NCBI GenBank assembly: GCA_963724825.1
Contig: CAVRWT010000020.1
Location: forward strand, 45,327-109,326
Direction of reading: 5' to 3'
Origin: an uncultured Acidobacteriota bacterium
Lineage (GTDB): Bacteria; Actinomycetota; Acidimicrobiia; Spongiisociales; ZC4RG35
DNA length: 64,000 nucleotides
Shown: one piece after another, positions 37,649-46,672 of the stretch
Layout of the letters: each line of letters opens with the position of its first letter
How positions within the stretch are numbered: the first letter of the stretch is position 1
The notes under the pieces: generated by a model
Database searches by the model: none
What the model was told of the DNA's origin: nothing
What the model saw: only the letters and a program-made list of their open reading frames with translations
Translations under genes and position numbers: made by a program

Positions 37649-39193
37649 ATGATGGACAACCCCCTGGCGATCGGGCTGAGCGTCCTTGCGCTCGTCATAG
37701 GTCTCGGTTTTGGGTACCTGCTGGCTCGTCTCGCCGTGACCCGGCGCCGGGAACGCGACGGGGTATCCGCCGAAGACCTGACGACGTCGGCGCGTCTGGA
37801 TGCCCAGCGGATCCTGGCCAAGGCCGAGGAGGAAGGCAGAGCCAAGGCCGAGACCTACCGGGAGCGTGAAGAGGCCAATCTCGAGCATCGTCGCTTGGAA
37901 GCGTCCAATCTCGAGTCCAGGCTGGCGCAACGCGAGGAGACCCTCGACCAGCGCGCCTCCAATCTGGCGCAACGGGAGAAGATGCTCATCGACCGCGAGG
38001 AGGAGCTCAACGAGTCCCGGGGCCAGGTGGAGCACCTCAAAGAGGAGGCCAGGTTCCGTCTCGAACAGGTCTCCGGAATCGACGTCAGCGCCGCCAAGAC
38101 CGAGATGCTGGCTCAGGTCGAAGACGAGGCACGTCGGGAGGCGATGATCGTTGTCCGTGACCTGGAGATCAAGGCTCGGGAGGAAGCAGACCGCCGGGCG
38201 AGGAGGATCCTCGCCACCGCCATCCAAAGGCTCGCGTCCGAAGTCGTCACCGAGACCACAGTGTCCGTGATCGCCCTTCCTTCCGATGACATGAAGGGGC
38301 GGATCATCGGGCGTGAAGGTCGCAACATCCGACATCTCGAATCGGTCACCGGCACCAACCTGATCGTGGACGACACCCCCGAAGCGGTGTCGGTCTCTTC
38401 GTTTGACCCGGTTCGACGCGAAGTCGCCCGGATCACCCTCGAGAAGCTGGTGGCCGACGGCCGCATCCACCCTGCCTCGATCGAGGAGGCCTACGAGAAG
38501 GCCCGCGCCGAGGTCGAGCAGAGCATCCGGGACGCCGGGGAGTGGGCTCTCGTCGAGGCCGGGGTGTCGAGGATGCATTCGGAGCTGGTGACACTGATGG
38601 GTCGCCTCAAGTACCGGACCTCTTACGGCCAGAACGTGCTCAACCATCTGGTGGAGACGGCGCACATCGCCTCGATGCTCGCCTCCGAGCTCGGGATCGA
38701 CCCGGCGCCGGTGAAGCGCGCCGCCCTCCTCCATGACATCGGCAAGGCGGTCACCCACGAAGTCGAGGGCTCCCATGCCTTGATCGGCGCCGAGATCGCC
38801 CGTCGCTTCGATGAGGACCCGGCGGTGGTTCACGGGATCGAGGCCCATCACAACGAGGTGGAGCCGCGAACGATCCTGGCTGTGATCGTGCAGGCTGCCG
38901 ACGCGGTGTCCGCGGCCCGACCCGGTGCCCGCCGGGAGACCCTGGAGGGCTATGTGAAGCGTCTGGAGCGTCTGGAGACCCTGGCTTTGGAGTTTCCGGG
39001 CGTCGACCACGTGTTTGCGCTTCAGGCCGGCCGTGAGGTGAGGGTGGTGGTAGATCCCGGTGAGGTCGGCGACCTCGAGGCCCGGGAGCTTTCGCGCCGG
39101 ATCGCCCGTAAGCTGGAGGAGGACCTCCAGTATCCAGGTCAGATCCAAGTGACCGTGATTCGGGAGTTCCGGGCCACCGATTTCGCTCGCTGA
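37649..39193 (+). CDS. rny: ribonuclease Y
   Basis: N-terminal TM, a coiled-coil, a KH domain (IGREGRNIRHLE) and an HD domain (LHDIGKA). Confidence 0.9.
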   Translation: MMDNPLAIGLSVLALVIGLGFGYLLARLAVTRRRERDGVSAEDLTTSARLDAQRILAKAEEEGRAKAETYREREEANLEHRRLEASNLESRLAQREETLDQRASNLAQREKMLIDREEELNESRGQVEHLKEEARFRLEQVSGIDVSAAKTEMLAQVEDEARREAMIVVRDLEIKAREEADRRARRILATAIQRLASEVVTETTVSVIALPSDDMKGRIIGREGRNIRHLESVTGTNLIVDDTPEAVSVSSFDPVRREVARITLEKLVADGRIHPASIEEAYEKARAEVEQSIRDAGEWALVEAGVSRMHSELVTLMGRLKYRTSYGQNVLNHLVETAHIASMLASELGIDPAPVKRAALLHDIGKAVTHEVEGSHALIGAEIARRFDEDPAVVHGIEAHHNEVEPRTILAVIVQAADAVSAARPGARRETLEGYVKRLERLETLALEFPGVDHVFALQAGREVRVVVDPGEVGDLEARELSRRIARKLEEDLQYPGQIQVTVIREFRATDFAR

Positions 39194-39202
39194 GGCTTCT
39201 AC

Positions 39203-40591
39203 ATGACCCAAAGCGTTCTGCTTCCCAGTCCGACCCTGCGTGAGCCGGTGCGGCGACAGCCGACCCGGCTCGGTAAGCGCTATTTCATCCGCACCTTCGG
39301 GTGTCAGATGAATGAGCACGACTCAGAGCGCATTGCCGGTCTGTTCGAGGCGGATGGGATGTCAGCCACCGACGGCTTTGAGAGCGCCGACGTCGTCTAC
39401 ATCAACACCTGCACGATCCGGGAGAACGCCGACAACCGGATGTACGGCAACCTCGGGCAGATGAAGGCGATCAAGGACATCAACCCCGACATGCTGTTGG
39501 TGGTCGGAGGATGCGCCGCGCAAAAGGAACGCCAGCTGGTTCGGGAGCGGGCGCCATGGGTGGATGTGGTCATGGGCACTCACAACCTCGATCGAGTGCT
39601 GGATCTGATCGACCACGCCGAACAGTGGGGCCCGATCACCGAGGTGGTCGACGAGCTCCAGGCCATGCCCTCGTCACTCCCCGTGAAGCGAGAGCTGGAG
39701 CACTCGGCATGGGTGACCATCCAGGTCGGGTGCAACAACACCTGCACCTTCTGCATCGTCCCCTCGGTCCGTGGCGTCGAGGTCTCGCGTCGGCCCGGCG
39801 ACATCGTGCGGGAAGTCGAGCGTCTCGCCTCCGAGGGCGTGGTCGAAGTGACGCTGCTGGGGCAGAACGTCGACACCTACGGCCGGGACCTGGCCCTGGA
39901 TGGCCATCGGCGGCCCATTTTCGGCGAGCTCCTGCGACGGGTCGGCGCGGTTGATGGCATCCGAAGGGTTCGCTTCACCAGTCCTCACCCCAACGACTTC
40001 CGCGAGGAGGTGGCCCTCGCCATGGCCGAGACCGAGGAGGTCTGCGAGCACCTCCATTTCCCACTCCAATCGGGCTCTGACCGGGTTCTGGCGGCGATGC
40101 ACCGCGGTTACACCCGGCGCAAATATCTCGACCGTCTGGCGATGGCCCGCGACACCATCCCCGGGCTCGCGGTCTCCACCGACATCATCGTGGGCTTTCC
40201 CGGGGAGACAGACGAAGACTTTGACCTCACACTCGAGGTCATCGAAGAGGCTGACTTCGACTCTGCGTTCATGTTCATCTTCTCGCCCCGCCCCGGCACC
40301 AGGGCCGCCGAGATGGCGTCCGATTTCGTGCCCGATGAGGTGATCAAGGAGCGTTTCGCCCGGCTCGTCGAAATCCAGGACCGGATCTCCCACCGGCGCA
40401 ATCGGGAGATGGTCGGGCGGAGGGTCGAGGTGCTCAGTGAGGGCCCGTCGAAGCGGGACGAGAACGTGGCCACCACCCGAACTCGCACCAGCAAGTTGGT
40501 CCATGTCGATGGCGGGCATCCGTCCGGATCATTCTTCGATGTCGAAGTCGTGGCTTCGAGAGCACATCACCTGGTGGGGAGAGCGGTCTGA
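39203..40591 (+). CDS. miaB: tRNA-2-methylthio-N6-dimethylallyladenosine synthase
   Basis: FGCQMNEHDSE, radical-SAM CNNTCTFCIVP, and a TRAM domain. Confidence 0.9.
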   Translation: MTQSVLLPSPTLREPVRRQPTRLGKRYFIRTFGCQMNEHDSERIAGLFEADGMSATDGFESADVVYINTCTIRENADNRMYGNLGQMKAIKDINPDMLLVVGGCAAQKERQLVRERAPWVDVVMGTHNLDRVLDLIDHAEQWGPITEVVDELQAMPSSLPVKRELEHSAWVTIQVGCNNTCTFCIVPSVRGVEVSRRPGDIVREVERLASEGVVEVTLLGQNVDTYGRDLALDGHRRPIFGELLRRVGAVDGIRRVRFTSPHPNDFREEVALAMAETEEVCEHLHFPLQSGSDRVLAAMHRGYTRRKYLDRLAMARDTIPGLAVSTDIIVGFPGETDEDFDLTLEVIEEADFDSAFMFIFSPRPGTRAAEMASDFVPDEVIKERFARLVEIQDRISHRRNREMVGRRVEVLSEGPSKRDENVATTRTRTSKLVHVDGGHPSGSFFDVEVVASRAHHLVGRAV

Positions 40592-41481
40592 ACCGGGTCC
40601 TGGCGCTGCTGGGCCCAACTGCAGCCGGCAAGAGCGACCTCGCCGTCCTGCTTGCCCAGCGCCTTGGCGCCGAGATCGTCTCGGTCGACTCGATGCAGGT
40701 CTATCGGGGAATGGACATCGGCACCGCCAAGCCGAACCTCCTGGAGAGGGAAGGCGTTCCCCACCACATGATCGACATCGCCGACCCTGCCACCGAGTTC
40801 TCGGTCGCCGAATTCAGGCGCATCGGCCGTCAGGTGATGGAGGCTTCTGACCTCCCGGTGTTGATCACCGGGGGCTCCGGCCTCCATTTTCGAGCCCTGG
40901 TCGATCCGATGAGCTTCGCTCCCACCGATCCCGACCTGAGGATCGAATTGGAGGGGCAGCCCTTGGAGGATCTGGTCTCCGAACTGAGAGACACCGATCC
41001 CGAAGTCGATCTGCACGTCGATCTCGCCAACCGGCGGCGGGTGATTCGGGCGGTCGAGATCCTGCGGCTCAGCGGCGAATCACCAAGCGAGCGGGCGTCG
41101 AGTGCCGAAGCCGAGGATGTTCGCCGGTATGTGCCCGAGATCGAGTTCACCGCCGTCGGCATCGACCCGGGGGACACCCTCGAGACACGGGTCGAGACGA
41201 GGCTGAAAGCGATGCGGGGCGGAGGCCTGGTCGAAGAGGTGGCCGGGCTTCGCAATCATCTGGGGAGGACCGCACGCAACGCCGTGGGATATCGGGAAAT
41301 CCTCGACGCCCTCGATGGGTTGTCCACCATTGATGAGGCATTCGAGAAGGCCGCCCGCAGCACCAGGCAGCTGGCTCGAAGGCAGAGGACATGGTTTCAG
41401 CGTGATCCTCGGATCCGTTGGATACCCTGGTTGGATGACCTTGCGAGTCGCGTGGATCGCGCCCTGGAGGCCCTGAGTTGA
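40588..41481 (+). CDS. miaA: tRNA dimethylallyltransferase (start assigned to a non-canonical CTG)
   Basis: The P-loop LLGPTAAGKS at 40606-40635 lies upstream of the first ATG/GTG/TTG (40693). The frame has no canonical start back to the preceding stop. CTG at 40588 overlaps the miaB TGA. Confidence 0.75.
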   Translation: MNRVLALLGPTAAGKSDLAVLLAQRLGAEIVSVDSMQVYRGMDIGTAKPNLLEREGVPHHMIDIADPATEFSVAEFRRIGRQVMEASDLPVLITGGSGLHFRALVDPMSFAPTDPDLRIELEGQPLEDLVSELRDTDPEVDLHVDLANRRRVIRAVEILRLSGESPSERASSAEAEDVRRYVPEIEFTAVGIDPGDTLETRVETRLKAMRGGGLVEEVAGLRNHLGRTARNAVGYREILDALDGLSTIDEAFEKAARSTRQLARRQRTWFQRDPRIRWIPWLDDLASRVDRALEALS

Positions 41482-42227
41482 GCGGTATCGAATTCACCAA
41501 GATGCAGGGGCTGGGCAACGACTTCGTTGTCATCGAAGGCCCGGCCCGGCTCACCGTCGAAGAAGTGACTGCACTATGCGACCGGCGGCGAGGGATCGGC
41601 GCCGATGGTGTCCTCGTGGTCTCCCAGGGCTCTCCCATCGTCATGGACTACTGGAACGCCGACGGAAGCGCCGCGGAGATGTGTGGCAACGGGTTGCGCT
41701 GCGTCGGGCGTTACGCCCACGACCGGGGTTGGGTTACGACCGATGAGTTCGGGGTCGACACCCCTGTTGGTTTGCGCCGGGTCCGGATCGTCGGGGATCT
41801 ATTGCAGGCCGAGATGGGACCTCCTCTGCTCGAGGGCGAGGAAACGGTCGATGGCCACACCTATCACCTGGTCGACATCGGCAATCCCCATGCGGTTCGG
41901 TTTGTCGATGATCCGACCGAGATCGATGTCCGAACCGTCGGTCCGGTAGTCGCTCAGCAGGCCGGGTTCGACGCAGGCTGCAACGTCGAGTTCATCTCGG
42001 TCGCTGACGACGTGGTCACGATGCGGGTTTGGGAGCGCGGGGTGGGGGAGACCCTCGCCTGTGGGACCGGGATGGCTGCCGCCGCGGCGGTCGCCCTCAA
42101 GGGTGCCGATGGCACGGTGAGCGTCGAAGTCCCCGGCGGGACCGGCTCAGTCGAGATCAGCGACGGGATCGCCTGGCTCACCGGCCCTGCCGAATACTCG
42201 TTCCGGGGAGTCTGGGATCAGGGATAG
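41478..42227 (+). CDS. dapF: diaminopimelate epimerase
   Basis: GLGNDFVV, MCGNG and ACGTG catalytic-Cys motifs. TTG start overlaps the miaA stop. Confidence 0.9.
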   Translation: MSGIEFTKMQGLGNDFVVIEGPARLTVEEVTALCDRRRGIGADGVLVVSQGSPIVMDYWNADGSAAEMCGNGLRCVGRYAHDRGWVTTDEFGVDTPVGLRRVRIVGDLLQAEMGPPLLEGEETVDGHTYHLVDIGNPHAVRFVDDPTEIDVRTVGPVVAQQAGFDAGCNVEFISVADDVVTMRVWERGVGETLACGTGMAAAAAVALKGADGTVSVEVPGGTGSVEISDGIAWLTGPAEYSFRGVWDQG

Positions 42228-42838
42228 CGCCGGAGGACGCTGACCACTTTCCCGATCACCTCGACACCTTCGGTGAACACCATCGGCTCGTAGGCCGGGT
42301 TCTCCGATTCGAGGATCACCTTGCCGTCCTTGCGGCGAAGCCGCTTCACGCTTGCCTCCTCGCCGTCGATGAGGGCGGCCACGATCTCTCCGTCTCGAGC
42401 GTCCTTCTGGCTGCGGATCGCCACGAGGTCACCGGGGAAGATGCCCGCTCCGATCATCGAGTCACCCTTGACTTCGAGCAGGAACACCGGATCGTTGCCG
42501 ACGAGGTCGACCGGGAGGGGGATGACCTCCTCGACATGCTCGGCGGCGAGGATCGGGGTGCCGGCCGCGATCCGTCCCAGAACCGGCACGTCGCGCATCC
42601 GGGCGGAGGCCCGGCTCACGGACGAGGCCTGATCGTCGACGACGACGATGGCACGCGGCTTGGTCGGGTCACGCTTCAGGGCGCCCGCCTCCACAAGGGC
42701 CGAGAGATGGGAATGGACCGTCGACGGTGAGGAGAGCCCTACGGCTTCACCGATCTCCCGGACCGATGGCGGGTACCCGCGCTCGGTGACCGTCTGCCTT
42801 ATGTAATCGAGAACCTGTTGCTGTCGCTCGCTGAGCAC
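42218..42838 (-). CDS. lexA: LexA repressor
   Basis: N-terminal wHTH (GYPPSVREIGEAVGLSSPSTVHSHL), an AG cleavage site, and the S24 peptidase GDSM...K. Confidence 0.9.
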   Translation of the reverse strand: MLSERQQQVLDYIRQTVTERGYPPSVREIGEAVGLSSPSTVHSHLSALVEAGALKRDPTKPRAIVVVDDQASSVSRASARMRDVPVLGRIAAGTPILAAEHVEEVIPLPVDLVGNDPVFLLEVKGDSMIGAGIFPGDLVAIRSQKDARDGEIVAALIDGEEASVKRLRRKDGKVILESENPAYEPMVFTEGVEVIGKVVSVLRRYP

Positions 42839-42849
42839 CTGACTCCTCC

Positions 42850-42960
42850 TCGAACTGATGTTCTGGGGAGGCTAACCGAACACCGGTTCGAAACCAAACA
42901 CCTGTTCGATTCCTCTTGACATCGAACGTCCGTTCGATAGAGTGGCGAACGCATGTTCGA
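42850..42960. promoter_or_regulatory. array of five SOS (LexA) boxes in the lexA / LysM-gene divergent spacer
   Basis: 42850-64 TCGAACtgatGTTCT; 42877-91 CGAACaccgGTTCGA; 42895-909 CAAACacctGTTCGA; 42922-37 TCGAACgtccGTTCGA (perfect); 42946-60 CGAACgcatGTTCGA. Confidence 0.7.
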
Positions 42961-43011
42961 TACGAACTGCATCCAGCAAAGAGCCCATCGACCGATCAGG
43001 AGGGAGACCAA

Positions 43012-43290
43012 ATGCAGAAAGCAACACTTCAGCTGTCCGTCCGGCTGACCTTGCTACTAGCCGCAGTCTGCATGGTCTTCCTCATGATCGGGGGCTCTGC
43101 TGACGCCGAAGCCCCGACATCGGTCACCGAATATGTGGTGACGTCGGGTGACACCCTCTGGGGCATCGCCGCCGACCGGGTCGAGCCCGGTGGTGACGTT
43201 CGCCGTCTGGTTTCGGACATCATCGAGCTCAGCGGGGTCGAGAACGGGATGATCATGCCCGGCCAGATCCTGCTCCTTCCCCAAGGCTGA
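43012..43290 (+). CDS. membrane-anchored LysM-domain protein (ChiZ-like position)
   Basis: ATG at 43012 after AGGAGGGAGA. One TM helix and a LysM motif YVVTSGDTLWGIA...GQILLLP. It sits between lexA and nrdR, as Rv2719c does in M. tuberculosis. Confidence 0.7.
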   Translation: MQKATLQLSVRLTLLLAAVCMVFLMIGGSADAEAPTSVTEYVVTSGDTLWGIAADRVEPGGDVRRLVSDIIELSGVENGMIMPGQILLLPQG

Positions 43291-43317
43291 GCGATTTCGC
43301 TGGTTTACCCTGGGGCG

Positions 43318-43767
43318 ATGCTTTGCCCCACCTGTGGCGCACCCGACACCAGGGTCATCGACAGTCGACCGGCCGAAGGCGGTCAGTCGATCCGTCGTCG
43401 TCGGTCGTGTGAGACCTGTGACGGCAGGTTCACCACCTATGAGCGCCTCGAGCCCCAGCTGATGGTCCGAAAGCGGAATGGTCGTTTGGAAGCCTTCTCG
43501 TCGGCAAAGCTCGCCGCCGGGATCTCGGCAGCATTCGCCGATCGCCCGGTCTCCGGTTCCGCCATCGAATCGATTGCTGAGGACGTGGAGCATTCGCTAC
43601 GCCACGAGGGTTCCCCGATCACCTCTGAGGACATCGGCCACGAGGTCCTCGCTCGGCTCAGGGCGGTGGATGAAGTCGCCTATCTCCGTTTCGCCTCGGT
43701 GTACAAGGATTTTCAGGACGCCGCCGACTTCGAGAAGGAAGTCGCCGCCCTGGAATCATCCGAGTAG
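43318..43767 (+). CDS. nrdR: transcriptional repressor NrdR
   Basis: Zinc ribbon MLCPTCGAPDTRVIDSR...CETC and an ATP-cone. Confidence 0.95.
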   Translation: MLCPTCGAPDTRVIDSRPAEGGQSIRRRRSCETCDGRFTTYERLEPQLMVRKRNGRLEAFSSAKLAAGISAAFADRPVSGSAIESIAEDVEHSLRHEGSPITSEDIGHEVLARLRAVDEVAYLRFASVYKDFQDAADFEKEVAALESSE

Positions 43768-44768
43768 CTGGTCGAGCAGTCCCCGGGTTTCCTCCAACTC
43801 GGAGTCGACCTGTCCGGCGAGAGCGCTCATCGTGGTCATCATCAACCCTCGGATCGAGGCGAGATCTGACTCGAGGGATTGAAGAGCTGTCTCGGCGCCG
43901 GCCCGGTCGTCGTTGCGGATCGCGTCGAGGTAAGCCCCCTGGCGGGATTCGAGATCGGCGCCGAACTCGTCGAGGGCGAAGGTGACTGTTGCCGCCACTC
44001 CCTCCGGCAGGGCCGCTCGGACGTTGTCGAACTCCGATCGCCATTTCGAGAACTCGAGGGTTGCGGTGGCCATGTCGGTCAGCGTCGGATCGGTTTCCAA
44101 GGCCGGCGCAACCAGCATCGGTTCCAGCGCTCCCCGGTAGGCAAGCCCGTCACGCAGCTGCCGCACGATCTCGAACGACAGCGAGGCGGCATCGCCGGCA
44201 AGTGCCTCGGTGTCAGCCTCGGGATCGGGAAGGGCTGCCGAGGCGTCGAAGAGCCCCCGTGCCGCATGGTCGAGGTCGAAGAGATCGGTTGCTGTCAGGT
44301 TCACCGAGCTCGCCGGGGCGTCGAGCTGGGCGGCGATCGGGGCGATGCCATCCAGACTCGCCGAAAGCTCGGTCGCCTGGTCTTGCACCGCGGCCACCGA
44401 TGCCGCCGCAGCCCCGCTCGAACGCTGATAGAGCCAGAAAGCAGTTCCACCGGCGGCAGACGGCGACGAGCAAGACCAGCATCACCCTGCTCCACCGGAA
44501 GCGGCGGGCTTTGAGATGCCGGTCGGTCGGGCGATATCGGCTTCCAGTCGACCAGTGAAGGGGCATCCAGTTCGGTGGAATCCCAGAGGTCCTGGACCAG
44601 GTGGCCGGTCGGGGCAGTGGGCCGGGTGGTAATGGTCGTGGTGGTCGACAGGTGGCTCGGCGCGGCATAGACGACGGTCGTCTCGCTCGGCGCGTCGGAG
44701 AACCCGAGCGACTCCATCGAAGGGAAACGCGCAAACCGGCCGTGCCTTGTGGGTGAGGTGGCGGTCAT
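43756..44768 (-). pseudogene. hypothetical membrane-anchored protein fragmented over three frames
   Basis: The N-terminal part (MTATSPTRHG...LVDWKPISPDRPA) is in one frame. HLKARRFRWSRVMLVLLVAV is in the next frame. AAGGTAFWLYQRSS...AAVQDQATELSAS...LLG is in the third. The junctions are near 44515-44525 and 44455-44462. Confidence 0.45.
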
Positions 44769-44807
44769 CGAGGACTCTCGCTTACAGTCGTCAAGTCATC
44801 TCGCCCG

Positions 44808-45251
44808 ATGCCCCGTGACACCATGCAGGTTAACTTCGTACGTCTCGACCCGGAACTGGAAATTCCCACAAGGTCACATATCGGCGACGCCGCCATAGAC
44901 CTTCACTCCAGAATTGCCTTCAGCCTCGAGCCCGGGGAGCGGGCTGCGGTGCCCACCGGGATCGCCGTCGCCATCCCTGAGGGGTTCGCCGGTCTGGTAC
45001 TCCCTCGAAGTGGGCACGCGTTGCGGGCCGGCATCGGTGTCGTCAACGGGCCCGGTCTCATCGACTCCGGTTACCGGGGCGAGGTGACCGTCCTCCTCAT
45101 CAACCACGGGGACGAAAGAGTCGACTTCGCTCGCGGAGACCGGGTGGCGCAACTGGCCGTGGTCCCGATCCCCGAGGTGGAATGGACAGAGGTCGAAGAC
45201 CTCGACGTGACAACGCGCGGCGCCGGCGGATTCGGCTCGACCGGGGTCTGA
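44808..45251 (+). CDS. dut: dUTP diphosphatase
   Basis: GDAAIDL, PRSG, GLIDSGYRGE and RGAGGFGSTG motifs. Confidence 0.9.
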   Translation: MPRDTMQVNFVRLDPELEIPTRSHIGDAAIDLHSRIAFSLEPGERAAVPTGIAVAIPEGFAGLVLPRSGHALRAGIGVVNGPGLIDSGYRGEVTVLLINHGDERVDFARGDRVAQLAVVPIPEVEWTEVEDLDVTTRGAGGFGSTGV

Positions 45252-45301
45252 GGCAACCATTTGGTTGACATTTGGCCCGGGCTACAATGCCGCCTCCGCT
45301 C

Positions 45302-45375
45302 GCGGAAGTAGCTCAGTTGGCTAGAGCGCAACCTTGCCAAGGTTGAGGTCGCGGGTTCGAATCCCGTCTTCCGCT
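45302..45375 (+). tRNA. tRNA-Gly (anticodon GCC)
   Basis: Hand-folded cloverleaf: acceptor GCGGAAG/CTTCCGC, anticodon loop TTGCCAA, T-loop TTCGAAT. 74 nt, no encoded CCA. Confidence 0.95.
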
Positions 45376-45409
45376 CTGACGACGGACCCAGGTCGAGTCG
45401 TCCGGTACC

Positions 45410-45480
45410 GGCGACGTGGCCGAGTGGTTAGGCGCGGGTCTGCAAAACCCGTCACACCGGTTCGATTCCGGTCGTCGCCT
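45410..45480 (+). tRNA. tRNA-Cys (anticodon GCA)
   Basis: Acceptor GGCGACG/CGTCGCC, anticodon loop CTGCAAA, T-loop TTCGATT. 71 nt. Confidence 0.95.
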
Positions 45481-45495
45481 CTAATTGAGGAACAC

Positions 45496-45570
45496 GGGCC
45501 CTTAGCTCAGCCTGGCTAGAGCGCTTGCTCGACACGCAAGAGGTCACTGGTTCAAGTCCAGTAGGGCCCA
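45496..45570 (+). tRNA. tRNA-Val (anticodon GAC)
   Basis: Acceptor GGGCCCT/AGGGCCC, anticodon stem-loop CTTGC-TCGACAC-GCAAG, T-loop TTCAAGT. 75 nt. Confidence 0.95.
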
Positions 45571-45659
45571 CAATTGAGAAACCCCCGCTACTTCGGGGGT
45601 CTCGTCGATTCTCGTGGGGTACGACCGTTTCGGCTCTGTACGGATCGTGGCTATTATAC

Positions 45660-45675
45660 TTCACTAATTGGTGAA
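45660..45675. promoter_or_regulatory. candidate ArsR-type operator
   Basis: TTCAC-taattg-GTGAA inverted repeat in an AT-rich stretch ending 5 nt before the ArsR-family ATG. Confidence 0.35.
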
Positions 45676-45680
45676 CTATT

Positions 45681-46043
45681 ATGCGTGAGATCCGACCTAG
45701 CCCTGATCTGGACAACGTCTTTGAGGCTCTTGCAAACCGGCATCGGCGTGAAATCATCCACATGCTGAGCTTGCGGCCCTCCTCGATCAGCCATCTGGCT
45801 TCTATGCGAGGGCTCTCTCTTCCCGCAATGCACAAGCACTTGGCGGTCCTGGAGAACGCCGAGATGGTGCTTCGCAAAAAGGTAGGTCGCACCAACTTCC
45901 TTGCGCTCAACCGCGAGCCTCTCGGCCGACTTCAGGAATGGGTGAACCAGTTTCATCCCTACTGGGGGAGCGATCAGGAGACATTGGAAAACTACGCCCA
46001 GCATCTGGGCAACGAGCAATCACAAGACGAGGAGCAGGCATGA
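45681..46043 (+). CDS. ArsR/SmtB family transcriptional regulator
   Basis: FEALANRHRREIIHML...SISHLA...LSLPAMHKHLAVLENAEMV winged-HTH pattern. Confidence 0.85.
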   Translation: MREIRPSPDLDNVFEALANRHRREIIHMLSLRPSSISHLASMRGLSLPAMHKHLAVLENAEMVLRKKVGRTNFLALNREPLGRLQEWVNQFHPYWGSDQETLENYAQHLGNEQSQDEEQA

Positions 46044-46330
46044 AGAAATTCCTATTCGTCTACCACGGAGCGTGGGTGTACACCCAGGAAGTGAAGGAGG
46101 GCTGGACCAACTGGTTTGCATTGATCGGTGACAGCATCATCGACGGCGGTAGTCCTCTCGGGCCCGGACGAGAAGTGACGCCAACGGGAACCAAGGAAAC
46201 GTCACCAGACATCTCGCCTGCCACGGGCTACACCCTGGTCAAAGCGGACAGCATGGAAGAAGCAGTTGGCCTTCTCGAGGAATGTCCCATCATCGACAGT
46301 GTCATGGTCTACGAAGCCATGTCGATGTAG
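46040..46330 (+). CDS. YciI/YCII-related small protein
   Basis: MKKFLFVYHG...W..W...IGDSIIDGGSPLG...EEAVGLLEECP pattern. The ATG overlaps the ArsR stop (ATGA). Confidence 0.55.
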   Translation: MKKFLFVYHGAWVYTQEVKEGWTNWFALIGDSIIDGGSPLGPGREVTPTGTKETSPDISPATGYTLVKADSMEEAVGLLEECPIIDSVMVYEAMSM

Positions 46331-46614
46331 CGATCCCCTCAGATGTCGATCTGATTCAACCCCGTCGGACTTGGCCGAACAGAACCTTGCAGCGTCAAAC
46401 CGACTCCAAGAGATCCCTCGTTGATTCGCACGCCGCACCTACTAGGACTGCAGGGTTGCCATTCAGGGTGCCAAATGCCCTGGAAAAACGTCCTCTGTGA
46501 GAGACCCAGGTCGATCTGGAGTCCTCGGCTCATAACCGACATAGCTCTAGCTAGCGGCACCTTCCATCTTCACGCGTAGGGACTCTCAAATCGCCCAGGT
46601 CAACTCCGTATTCA

Positions 46615-46672
46615 TCGACACGCAAGAGGTCACTGGTTCAAGTCCAGTAGCGCCCAAAAGAGAGAAACCCCC
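46615..46672 (+). repeat. copy of the 3' part of tRNA-Val(GAC) plus flank (att-like)
   Basis: TCGACACGCAAGAGGTCACTGGTTCAAGTCCAGTAGcGCCCAaAAgaGAGAAACCCCC versus 45529-45586, with 4 mismatches. Confidence 0.85.

Noticed and set aside
37565-39319. 584-aa ORF on the - strand
   Set aside because: It is antisense to rny (and the miaB 5' end). The RNase Y reading on the + strand has clear KH and HD motifs; this one has none.
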